Source of the DNA: Patescibacteria group bacterium
Lineage (GTDB): Bacteria; Patescibacteriota; Patescibacteriia; Patescibacteriales; UBA12465
DNA: 61,178 nt
Assembly: GCA_023229115.1 (NCBI GenBank)
Contig: JALNZW010000008.1
Coordinates: 1-61,178, forward strand
Direction: 5' to 3'
The translations under genes and the position numbers were made by a program. Under the pieces are notes generated by a model, which saw nothing but the letters and a program-made list of their open reading frames with translations, did not search any database and was not told the DNA's origin. Positions 44,565 to 53,497 of this stretch are shown piece after piece. Positions within the stretch are counted from its first letter, which is position 1, and every line of letters starts with the position of its first letter.

Positions 44565-45794
44565 ATGATTGAGAAATTTGATGTAGCTGTTATTGGTGGC
44601 GGTCCGGCAGGTTTGATGGCCGCCGGTAGAGCGTCTGAATTAGGGGCTAGGGTTGTTTTGTTGGAAAAAAATAGTAATTTGGGAATTAAATTATTAATGA
44701 CAGGTGGCGGTCGTTGCAATTTTACCAATAATTCAGATATTAGAAATTTTATCAATATTCTTGGACCTAATGGTCGTTGGTTTATTTCTGCTCTTAATAT
44801 CTTTAGCCCAGAAGATGCTATCGATTTCTTTAATTCTAGAGGGATTGAGACTAAAATAGAAGATAATAATCGTGTCTTCCCTAAAAGCAATAAAGCTCGA
44901 GATATTTTAGACGCTTTAATTGCCTACGCTCAAGAAGGTGGTGTTAAAATTTTAACCAACTCTAGGGTTGAAAAAATAATAAAAAAAGATGATTTTATTT
45001 CTAAAATAGTTTTAAGTGATGGTCGGGAAGTTTTGGCTGGCAAATTTATTTTGGCTTGTGGGGGAAAATCTTATCCCAATTCTGGTTCTAGTGGGGAAGT
45101 TTATGATTGGCTTAAAGATTTGGGCCATGAAATTAATGAAGTTCGTCCAGCTTTATGTCAATTATTAATTAATGAAGATTTAAGTAATTTAGAGGGTTTA
45201 AGTTTTTCTAATGTTCAAATAATAGCTAAAAATGATAATTTTAAGTCTTCTAAGTTAAAAGGAGATGTTATTTTTACTAGAAAAGGTATTAGTGGTCCAG
45301 TTGCTTTAAATTTAAGCAGGGAATTAACTCGACAAAATAATAATTTAGATTTATTTTTAGATTTTTTTCCAGATAAAAATAAAGAGGAATTAAAAATAGA
45401 AATTATAAATATTTTAAATAATAATAAAAACTTTAGTATTAAGAATTCTTTGGGTCTGCTATTAACTAAAAGATTATCATCTTTTTTTCTTGATAAAATT
45501 GGTTTAAATTTAGATAAAAAATCTTCTTCTTTAAATAAACACGAAATTGAAAGTCTTGTTAATGTTTTGAAGTCTAATAAATTAAGTTTTATTGGCCTTG
45601 GTGGTTTTGACGAGGCAATGATTAGTTCAGGTGGGGTTAGTTTACAAGAGATTGACAATAAAACGATGGCCTCTAAAATTATTTCTAATTTATATTTAGT
45701 TGGTGAAACTTTAAATTTAGATGGACCAACTGGTGGCTATAATCTTCAAATTGTTTGGACAAGCGCTTATTTAGCAGGGTCTTCTTGTTTTTGA
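44565..45794 (+). CDS. HI0933-like FAD-dependent flavoprotein
   Basis: FDVAVIGGGPAGLMAA ... TGGGRCNFTN ... LYLVGETLNLDGPTGGYNLQ. Confidence 0.8.
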   Translation: MIEKFDVAVIGGGPAGLMAAGRASELGARVVLLEKNSNLGIKLLMTGGGRCNFTNNSDIRNFINILGPNGRWFISALNIFSPEDAIDFFNSRGIETKIEDNNRVFPKSNKARDILDALIAYAQEGGVKILTNSRVEKIIKKDDFISKIVLSDGREVLAGKFILACGGKSYPNSGSSGEVYDWLKDLGHEINEVRPALCQLLINEDLSNLEGLSFSNVQIIAKNDNFKSSKLKGDVIFTRKGISGPVALNLSRELTRQNNNLDLFLDFFPDKNKEELKIEIINILNNNKNFSIKNSLGLLLTKRLSSFFLDKIGLNLDKKSSSLNKHEIESLVNVLKSNKLSFIGLGGFDEAMISSGGVSLQEIDNKTMASKIISNLYLVGETLNLDGPTGGYNLQIVWTSAYLAGSSCF

Positions 45795-45875
45795 TTCTTT
45801 AATTTTTTTACTATTTTTTAAATTTATTTTTTGTGTTAAAGTGTATTTAAGTTTTATAATTAATTATATAAATTT

Positions 45876-46610
45876 ATGCGTTTACAAAACAAAGTTGCTA
45901 TCGTAACTGGAGCTTCATCTGGTTTAGGCGAGGCTATTGCTCAAATGTTTTTAGCTGAAGGAGCTAAGGTTATTTTTTCAGATTTAAATGAGTATGTAAA
46001 AAAGGACAGCTTAGGTGAAAATGGTTTATTTGTCCAAGCTGACGTTTCTAAAAAAGAAGAAGTAGAAAACTTAGTTAAAATTGCTGTTGAAAAATTTGGT
46101 TCACTTGATGTAATTGTTAATAATGCTGGCATTGGCTTAACGGGAGAGGTTGCTGAGATGAGTGATGATGTTTGGCAAAAGGTAATTGATGTTAATTTGA
46201 ATGGAGTATTTTATGGATTAAGATCGGCCGCTAAGTATATGAAGGATAATAAAATCAAGGGTTCTATTATTAACATGGCTTCTATTTTAGGAAGAGTTGG
46301 TTTCAGAACATCTTCAGCTTATTGTGCTTCTAAGGGTGGTGTAAATCAATTAACTAGAGCAGCTTCTTTAGAATTAGCCCCTTTTAGTATTAGGGTAAAC
46401 TCTATTGCTCCGGGCTTTATTAAAACAGAAATGACTAAAGGCATGCAAGATGATCAAGCCGCTAATACTGCTATTTCAAGTGCTACTCCTTTGGGTTATA
46501 TGGGAGAACCTAACGATATTGCCTATGCTGCCGTTTATTTAGCTTCCGATGAATCTAAATATGTTACTGGTTCTGTTTTATATGTTGATGGTGGTTGGAC
46601 AGCTCAGTAA
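45876..46610 (+). CDS. Short-chain dehydrogenase/reductase (FabG-like)
   Basis: TGASSGLG, NNAG, YCASK. Confidence 0.85.
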   Translation: MRLQNKVAIVTGASSGLGEAIAQMFLAEGAKVIFSDLNEYVKKDSLGENGLFVQADVSKKEEVENLVKIAVEKFGSLDVIVNNAGIGLTGEVAEMSDDVWQKVIDVNLNGVFYGLRSAAKYMKDNKIKGSIINMASILGRVGFRTSSAYCASKGGVNQLTRAASLELAPFSIRVNSIAPGFIKTEMTKGMQDDQAANTAISSATPLGYMGEPNDIAYAAVYLASDESKYVTGSVLYVDGGWTAQ

Positions 46611-46616
46611 ATTTTT

Positions 46617-47363
46617 ATGGGAGATAAATTAATAAAAAAAATTCGCAGTGAATTAAAATCACAAATTGATTTGAGTTATAGAAAAGGATGTGAAAATTTT
46701 TTTATAGAAAAAATTATTTGTTATGGAGTTAGAACCCCCCTGGTTCGTAAAATTGCTCAGAAATATTTTAGAGAAGAAGTGAGATTCCTGAAAAAGAAAG
46801 AATTGTTTGTTTTGTGTGAAGAGTTATTTAAGAGTGATTATAACGAAGAAGCTACAATTGCTATTCAGTTTTTATCTTTAAGCTTTGATAAGTTTGAAAA
46901 GAAAGATTTTAAAGTTTTTACTCAATTCTTAAATAAATATATTAATAATTGGGCTAAGGATGATGATTTTTGCACTCATGTTTTAGCTGTTATGGTCGGA
47001 AATTATCCTGAATTGATTTTAGAGCTAAAGAAATGGACAAAATCTAAAAATATGTGGGTTAGACGGGCTTCAGCCGTTAGTTTTATATCTTCGGATAGAA
47101 TGAGCGTTGGTAAGGAGGTGGGTTACGTAGCAAGAGACAATTTAAAAGATGTTTTTGAAGTGGCCAAGTCTTTAATGAGGGATAGGGAAGATTTAGTGCA
47201 AAAAGGTTATGGTTGGATGTTGAAAGTAGCTGCTAATTTTCATCAAAGACAAGTTTTTGATTTTGTGATGGAAAACAAAAAAGAAATGACCAGAACTGCT
47301 TTAAGATATGCTATTGAAAAAATGCCCAAAAAATTAAAAGTTGAGGCAATGAGAATTGATTAA
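46617..47363 (+). CDS. DNA alkylation repair protein (AlkD-like HEAT-repeat family)
   Basis: 248 aa with family-typical ...NNWAKDDDFC...WVRRASAVSF...QKGYGWMLK. Confidence 0.6.
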   Translation: MGDKLIKKIRSELKSQIDLSYRKGCENFFIEKIICYGVRTPLVRKIAQKYFREEVRFLKKKELFVLCEELFKSDYNEEATIAIQFLSLSFDKFEKKDFKVFTQFLNKYINNWAKDDDFCTHVLAVMVGNYPELILELKKWTKSKNMWVRRASAVSFISSDRMSVGKEVGYVARDNLKDVFEVAKSLMRDREDLVQKGYGWMLKVAANFHQRQVFDFVMENKKEMTRTALRYAIEKMPKKLKVEAMRID

Positions 47364-47382
47364 GGAATTAATTAGGCTTTAT

Positions 47383-47419
47383 AAAAAAAGAAGTGTCCTT
47401 GGTTGACGCTTCTTTTTTT
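47383..47419. terminator. Bidirectional terminator between convergent genes
   Basis: A-run, agaagtgtc ... gacgcttct (9 bp including one G.U), T-run. Confidence 0.6.
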
Positions 47420-47426
47420 GTGATTA

Positions 47427-50039
47427 TTAATTTATTTTATTTAATTCTGTTTTATATTTCTCCAATTTTTCTTTTTCATTGTTCACTATTTGTTCCGGGG
47501 CGTTTTCGACAAACTCTTTATTGCTTAATTTTTTCTCTAACATAGCAATCATTTTTTCTAAATTTTCTTTTTCCTTGGCTAGTCTTATTTTTTCCTTTTC
47601 TTCATCAATTGCTCCTAGTAAATATATTTCTATATCTCCAATACTTATTAAAACTGTATTTTTTTCTGGTATTTCTTGGCGATTATTAGAGTATTTAATA
47701 TCTTCAATTCCAGTTTTTAAGCTTTTTATTAAATGTTCTTGGTTTTTAATTATTTCTTCTTTTTCTCCGGCAATAATTATGGCTTGAACTTTCTGGGCAG
47801 GTTCAATTTTATTAGCAGCACGAGCATTTCTAACTGAGGTAACAATTTCTTTGATTAGTTCAAAATTATTTTCTTCTGTTTCAAAATTAATATTTAAATC
47901 TTTTGGCCATTTGCTAATCATTAAAATTTTCTCTTCATTTAATTCGCTCCAAATTACTTCAGTAACAAAAGGTATGAAAGGATGCCACAATTTTAAAACA
48001 TTTTTTAAAACAAATATTAATATTTTTTCGTTGTTATCATCTTTTTCAAATTTTTTAGCTTCTAAATACCAATCAGCTAAATCGTTCCAAGTAAAATTTT
48101 TAAGATCATCACCTGCTAAAGAAAATTTATAATCAGCTATATCCTGATTAACGGTTTTGATAGTTTGATTTAATCTGTTTAGCAACCATTTATCACTTAA
48201 GCTTAATTTATTTTCATCATAATTATCATCGAAACTTTGACTATTACTGATAATAAAGCGACTAATATTCCAAAGTTTATTAATAAAATTACGAGAACTG
48301 GAAATTTTTTCTTCGCTAATTCTCATATCATTTCCTGGTGTGTTTCCTAGTAGTAAAGACAATCTTAGGGAGTCAGTGCCGAATTGATTGATAATATCAA
48401 TTGGATCAATTCCATTGCCCTTAGATTTACTCATTTTTTTACCATCTTTATCTAATACCATTCCGTGTAAATAAACTTTTTCAAAAGGTATTTCATCTAG
48501 TGCGAAGAAAGACATCATAATCATTCGAGAAACCCATAGAGTTATTATTTCATAACCAGTTTCTAGCATTTGGGTTGGATGATATTTCTTTAAATCACCT
48601 TCTTTTTGTCCTTTTGAAAAATTATCTGGCCAACCCAAAGTAGAGAAAGTCCACATACCAGAAGAAAACCAAGTGTCTAGTGTGTCTGGGTCTTGTTTCC
48701 AAGCATCTCCTTCCGGCTTATTTTCGCCAACATAAACTTCGTCGTCTTTATGCCAGGCAGGTATTTGATGACCAAACCAAATTTGACGACTAATACACCA
48801 ATCATGTAAATTTTCCATCCAATCTAAATATCTTTTAGAAAATCTTTCAGGGATAAATTCTATTTTTCCAGCTTGAGCAATCTCAATAGCTTTTTCCTTG
48901 AGAGATTTATTTCCAAGTTTTTCTATTTTTTTATCAACATTAACAAACCATTGTTTTGATGGTATTGGTTCAATTGCTGTTCCACAGCGATAACAAACTG
49001 ACAGATTGTTATCAATTTCTTTTTCTTCACTTATCAATCCCTCGTTTCTTAATTCCTCTATAATCATTTGTCTGGCTTCTAAGGCTTTTTTGCCAGAAAA
49101 TTTATTAAATCCAGGATGAATCAAACCATCTTCGTTGATAACTTTAATACTTTCTAAATTATTTTTTTGAGCCATTTGCCAATCAATCATAGAATGTGCC
49201 GGGGTTACACCTAATGCTCCAGTACCAAAATTCATATCAACATTATGGTCGGCAATTATTTTTAAATTTAATTCTTGACCACAGAAATTAGCTTTAATTG
49301 TTTGCCCAATATATTTTTCATATCTTTTGTCCTTAGGGTTAACAGCTACGGCAGTGTCTCCCAATTTAGTTTCTGGTCTGGTGGTGGAGATTTCAATAGG
49401 GAAGTCTTTGTCGTATTTAAAGGTGTAAAAACCAGCTTTTTGTTCTTTGTATTCTACCTCATCGTCAGCTAGAGTTGATTTGCATCTTGGGCACCAGTTA
49501 ACTATTCTTTCGCCACGATATATAATTCCTTCATTATACATGTCGATAAACATTTTTTTAACGGCCTTTTGTCTTTGTTCATCTAGAGTGAAGGCAGTTC
49601 TACTCCAATCAATTGAAGCTCCCATTTTTTTGGTTTGATCTAAAATAATTCCTTGTGTTTCTTTTAAAAATAGCCAAACTCTATTTAAAAATTCATCTCT
49701 GCCTAGGTCATGCCTAGTTTTACCTTCTTCGTTTAATATTTTTTTCTCAACCACATTTTGAGTGGCAATAGCCGCATGATCAGTTCCGGGTATCCACAAG
49801 GCTCTGAATCCTTTCATGCGATGATATCTAATGAACAAATCTTCAATAGCAATAGTAGAGGCATGGCCAAGGTGTAATTTAGCAGTAATGTTTGGTGGTG
49901 GTAAAACTATGGTATAATTGGGAGCGTTTTCTTCTAAATTTAAATTATCAGGATTAAAATAACCTGACTTTTCCCAGATTTCATAAATTTTATCTTCCCA
50001 TTGAGCTGAATCGTAAATTTTGTCCATTTCCTTGGCCAT
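47427..50039 (-). CDS. valS: Valyl-tRNA synthetase
   Basis: PPPNITAKLHLGH, KMSKSKGN, C-terminal coiled coil, 870 aa. Confidence 0.9.
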   Translation of the reverse strand: MAKEMDKIYDSAQWEDKIYEIWEKSGYFNPDNLNLEENAPNYTIVLPPPNITAKLHLGHASTIAIEDLFIRYHRMKGFRALWIPGTDHAAIATQNVVEKKILNEEGKTRHDLGRDEFLNRVWLFLKETQGIILDQTKKMGASIDWSRTAFTLDEQRQKAVKKMFIDMYNEGIIYRGERIVNWCPRCKSTLADDEVEYKEQKAGFYTFKYDKDFPIEISTTRPETKLGDTAVAVNPKDKRYEKYIGQTIKANFCGQELNLKIIADHNVDMNFGTGALGVTPAHSMIDWQMAQKNNLESIKVINEDGLIHPGFNKFSGKKALEARQMIIEELRNEGLISEEKEIDNNLSVCYRCGTAIEPIPSKQWFVNVDKKIEKLGNKSLKEKAIEIAQAGKIEFIPERFSKRYLDWMENLHDWCISRQIWFGHQIPAWHKDDEVYVGENKPEGDAWKQDPDTLDTWFSSGMWTFSTLGWPDNFSKGQKEGDLKKYHPTQMLETGYEIITLWVSRMIMMSFFALDEIPFEKVYLHGMVLDKDGKKMSKSKGNGIDPIDIINQFGTDSLRLSLLLGNTPGNDMRISEEKISSSRNFINKLWNISRFIISNSQSFDDNYDENKLSLSDKWLLNRLNQTIKTVNQDIADYKFSLAGDDLKNFTWNDLADWYLEAKKFEKDDNNEKILIFVLKNVLKLWHPFIPFVTEVIWSELNEEKILMISKWPKDLNINFETEENNFELIKEIVTSVRNARAANKIEPAQKVQAIIIAGEKEEIIKNQEHLIKSLKTGIEDIKYSNNRQEIPEKNTVLISIGDIEIYLLGAIDEEKEKIRLAKEKENLEKMIAMLEKKLSNKEFVENAPEQIVNNEKEKLEKYKTELNKIN

Positions 50040-50230
50040 ATTTTTAGTATTTTTTAATAAAATTATAGGCTTATATTAACAAAATTAATGTTATTGGTCA
50101 ATTTAAAGACTGTTTTTATTGCTTAAATTGTTTTTTTATCTTTTTTTGTGTTATAATTTTGATATATTATTATTAGTTCTCATTAAAATTTAAATTAAGC
50201 TTAAAACTTATTTAATCGGGAGAGAAAAAT

Positions 50231-50917
50231 ATGAAAATTAAAAAAAATAGTTTTTTGGCTTTCTTTATAATTTTTTCTTTTTTTCTTTTTAATCTTAATT
50301 TGAATAACATTAAAGCTGGAGAAAAAAGAGGTAATCCAAGTATGGAGGGAGCAGCTTCAAATTCAATGAGAAGTAATCCTGTTGTTGTTGAAGATATTTT
50401 AGTTGAAGATAAAATTGAGGTTGAAATTGAAGAGGGGGAAGATAACGAACAAGAAAGCAGTTTAAATAAAAAGAATGTTAAAACTAAAGGACTGGAAAAT
50501 GCTATTCAAAGGAGAAGCCAAGTAGCCAATGCCGTACAAGAAATGCTGAAGGTGGCTGAAAGAAGTGGTGGAATTGGAGATCAGGTGAGAGTAATGGCTC
50601 AAAATCAAGAAAAAACTCAAGAAAAAATTGAGGCTAGTTTAGAAAAAATACAGAATAGAAATAAATTGATGAGATTTGTTTTTGGTCCAGATAGTGAGGA
50701 AATAAAAAATGCTAGAAGAATTTTACAAGAAAACCAGGATGAGTTGACCCAATTAGAAAATGTTAGAAGTCAATTAACTAATATTGTTGATCAGGAAAAA
50801 GTGCAGGAACAGATTGAAAAAATACAAGAAGCTAGAGCTGAAATAGAGCAAGATTTAAATAAATCAGAAAAAGTTTTTAGTTTATTTGGTTGGATGAGAA
50901 ATATTTTTTCTAAATAA
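50231..50917 (+). CDS. Secreted coiled-coil protein
   Basis: Signal peptide KKNSFLAFFIIFSFFLFNLNLNNIKA, followed by a Q/E-rich coiled coil. Confidence 0.55.
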   Translation: MKIKKNSFLAFFIIFSFFLFNLNLNNIKAGEKRGNPSMEGAASNSMRSNPVVVEDILVEDKIEVEIEEGEDNEQESSLNKKNVKTKGLENAIQRRSQVANAVQEMLKVAERSGGIGDQVRVMAQNQEKTQEKIEASLEKIQNRNKLMRFVFGPDSEEIKNARRILQENQDELTQLENVRSQLTNIVDQEKVQEQIEKIQEARAEIEQDLNKSEKVFSLFGWMRNIFSK

Positions 50918-51015
50918 ATTCTTAATAAACAAAAATGAGTCATAACGGCTCATTTTTGTTTGGTCTTGATTTTTTATTTTAAATATTTTATATTAGATTT
51001 GTTATCTAAAATATT

Positions 51016-51102
51016 GGAGAGGTGCCAGAGTGGTTGAATGGAACAGTCTTGAAAACTGTCGTGCCTTAACGGGTACCGAGGGTTCGAATCCCTCCCTCTC
51101 CG
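51016..51102 (+). tRNA. tRNA-Ser (anticodon TGA), CCA not encoded
   Basis: Acceptor ggagagg/cctctcc, anticodon loop ctTGAaa, long variable arm, T-arm gaggg-ttcgaat-ccctc. Confidence 0.9.
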
Positions 51103-51110
51103 CGAACAAA

Positions 51111-51137
51111 ATAGCCCTTAAATAAGGGCTATTTTTT
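51111..51137 (+). terminator. tRNA terminator
   Basis: atagccctt-aaat-aagggctat followed by T5. Confidence 0.65.
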
Positions 51138-51202
51138 GCAGAGTGTTTATTACTTTGGAACTATTTGGTATAATAAAATTATAAATAAGACAAAATAATT
51201 CA

Positions 51203-51622
51203 ATGCAAGAAAAAGTAAATATAATAAAAACTATAGGGGTTTTAATAATAAAAGACAATAAAGTTCTTTTGGTTAAACATGGAAAGTCAGCCGAGCATCT
51301 AAATAATAAATATGGTTTGCCAGCTGGAAGAATAATTTTGGGTGAAAGTGAAAAAGAAGTAGCCAAAAGAGAGTTAAAAGAAGAAACTGGACTAGATGTC
51401 GATTTGGATGATTTAATTTTATTATCAAAAGAATGGAGCGCTAAAATAGAAAGAAAAGATGGTATAAAAGAGTTTTCTTTAAAAGTTTTTTATTCTGATA
51501 AATTCTCAGGTAGTTTGATTGGTAGCAATGAAACACATCCGGAATGGATTACTATTAATGATTTAGATAATATTGATTTATTACCTAATGTTTTGGATAT
51601 TATTAATTCTTGTATTAAATAA
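51203..51622 (+). CDS. NUDIX hydrolase
   Basis: Nudix box AGRIILGESEKEVAKRELKEETGL. Confidence 0.85.
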   Translation: MQEKVNIIKTIGVLIIKDNKVLLVKHGKSAEHLNNKYGLPAGRIILGESEKEVAKRELKEETGLDVDLDDLILLSKEWSAKIERKDGIKEFSLKVFYSDKFSGSLIGSNETHPEWITINDLDNIDLLPNVLDIINSCIK

Positions 51623-51627
51623 AAAAG

Positions 51628-51654
51628 TTCCAATTACGTCCCATCCTCTCCGCC
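51628..51654 (+). repeat. Degenerate copy of a tRNA-Ser 3' end
   Basis: ttccaattacgtcccatcctctccgcc compared with the tRNA ttcgaatccc(tc/tt)cctctccgcg. Confidence 0.5.
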
Positions 51655-51725
51655 AAGAATATTTAGTATCGGAAGACCCGAGTGCCTTGATTTTATTGAG
51701 GTTTCTGAGATGATAAAATCGTCAA

Positions 51726-51777
51726 AAGTTCGAACCTTTAAGGGATTCGAACTTTTTTGTTTTTTGACTAGTTTTAT
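51726..51777 (+). repeat. Direct repeat R1 (terminator-like hairpin agttcgaa/ttcgaact)
   Basis: A 37-nt exact match aagttcgaacctttaagggattcgaacttttttgttt with 59156-59192; similarity extends about 15 nt further. Confidence 0.85.
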
Positions 51778-51869
51778 GATAAAATATTACTGATAATATT
51801 TAATTTTTTCTAGCGCAATTAATGCATTTTTAATACCATGAATATAAATTTACTTACTTAAAAAAATAT

Positions 51870-53402
51870 ATGAGTAAAAATACAAAAACAATTATCTTCT
51901 TTACTTTGATTTTTTTAGCAATCCTAATTTTTTCTTTACGATTACTATATTTAAATTCAATTAAGAGTTCAGCCCCTAACTCCATAACTATAAACGGTTA
52001 TCAATCGGAGACCAAGTATGACAATATAAAAGTCTACACCCTAGAAGAGTCACAGAATGACAAGCGCTCACTTTTACATATTGCCTATCCAGTAACAGAA
52101 AACAAGATAATTAATTTGAAGTTAGAAGAAATGTCTCAAGAATTTATTGATGAATATAAAAAAACAGCTATAGGCCAAGAACTGGCTTATCAAGACTATA
52201 TTCAAAAAACCGGTCAAGTAGCCATGACCTTAAGGACTGAATACATCCAGCACTTTGACATTTCTTTTGCTAATGATAAATATTTACTCCTTAACTTTGA
52301 TCAGTACCGAAATACTGGTAATACTGGTAATGACAAGGTGTTTTCTGTTTTATTCAACCGTGAGACAGGTGAGAATCTCCCTCTTGCCAGTCTTTTCATT
52401 AATGATGATTACTTAGAAATACTATCAAAAAAATCACGTCTATTGTTAAATAAACGCAATACAGAAGTAGCTGATTCAATTGATTTTGAAAACAATGAAG
52501 AAAAAATGGAATGGCTCGACGTGCAGACTAAAATGCTAAACGCTGGAACTGAGGCTACAAGTGATAATTTTAATAGTCTTAGTATATCAGATGATAAAGA
52601 GCTAATAGTAATTTTTGATAAATACCAAGTTGGACCAGGCTCAGACGGCATTGTGGAAGTAAAAATACCCCTAAGTGAGTTGGCCGATATTCTTGTACCT
52701 GAAGTAAAAAAAATATTTGATATTAATATTAATATTGAACAAGAAAATACAAATATAAAAAAGGATGATAAATTGAGCGAGACTAACACTCTTGATTGCT
52801 CTCAAGAAAAATGTGTTGCCTTGACATTTGATGACGGCCCCTCGTTTTACACTGATGAGCTATTAGATATTTTAAAAGAAAATAATGTGCCTGCCAGTTT
52901 TTTTGTCCTAGGCAGGTCAGCTAAAATTCAGCCAGAAACTATTCGCCGCATTGTTGAAGAAGGGCATTTGCTAGGAAACCATACCTGGGACCACAAAAAT
53001 TTGACTAAACTTTCACCTGAAGCTGTTCAAAAACAAATTTCTGACACTGATGATTTAATAAAAAAACTTGCTAATTACGATATTAGCTTTCTTCGCCCAC
53101 CTTATGGATCTTATGATGATAAGCTACTTAAGAGCATAAACAAAACAGTAGTCTTGTGGAACATTGACCCTGAAGACTGGAAGGACAGAGACACCGAATT
53201 GATTATCGAACGTATGAGTCAAGCTGAAGCAGGTTCAATTATACTCGCCCATGATATTTACCAAACAACCATCGAAGCAATCCCTGAACTAATAAAAAAT
53301 TTGAAACAAAAAGGCTTACAGTTTGTTACAGTTGATAAATTATTTACACCTGAGGATCTTAAAAGCGGACAAGCTCTTAGGCATCAAGGGGTCTTGCTCT
53401 AG
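51870..53402 (+). CDS. Polysaccharide/peptidoglycan deacetylase (NodB domain) with an N-terminal DUF3298/RsiV-like domain
   Basis: TM anchor. LTFDDGPS, GNHTWDH, LRPPYG, ILAHD. A terminator lies at 53422-53446. Confidence 0.8.
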   Translation: MSKNTKTIIFFTLIFLAILIFSLRLLYLNSIKSSAPNSITINGYQSETKYDNIKVYTLEESQNDKRSLLHIAYPVTENKIINLKLEEMSQEFIDEYKKTAIGQELAYQDYIQKTGQVAMTLRTEYIQHFDISFANDKYLLLNFDQYRNTGNTGNDKVFSVLFNRETGENLPLASLFINDDYLEILSKKSRLLLNKRNTEVADSIDFENNEEKMEWLDVQTKMLNAGTEATSDNFNSLSISDDKELIVIFDKYQVGPGSDGIVEVKIPLSELADILVPEVKKIFDININIEQENTNIKKDDKLSETNTLDCSQEKCVALTFDDGPSFYTDELLDILKENNVPASFFVLGRSAKIQPETIRRIVEEGHLLGNHTWDHKNLTKLSPEAVQKQISDTDDLIKKLANYDISFLRPPYGSYDDKLLKSINKTVVLWNIDPEDWKDRDTELIIERMSQAEAGSIILAHDIYQTTIEAIPELIKNLKQKGLQFVTVDKLFTPEDLKSGQALRHQGVLL

Positions 53403-53497
53403 GTAGCTTCTTGGTGGTATAATGACCAGATAATGGTCATTTTTTTATTAATTAATAATTTTCTGCACTAAATTTATTTAGTCAAGAAATAATATTT

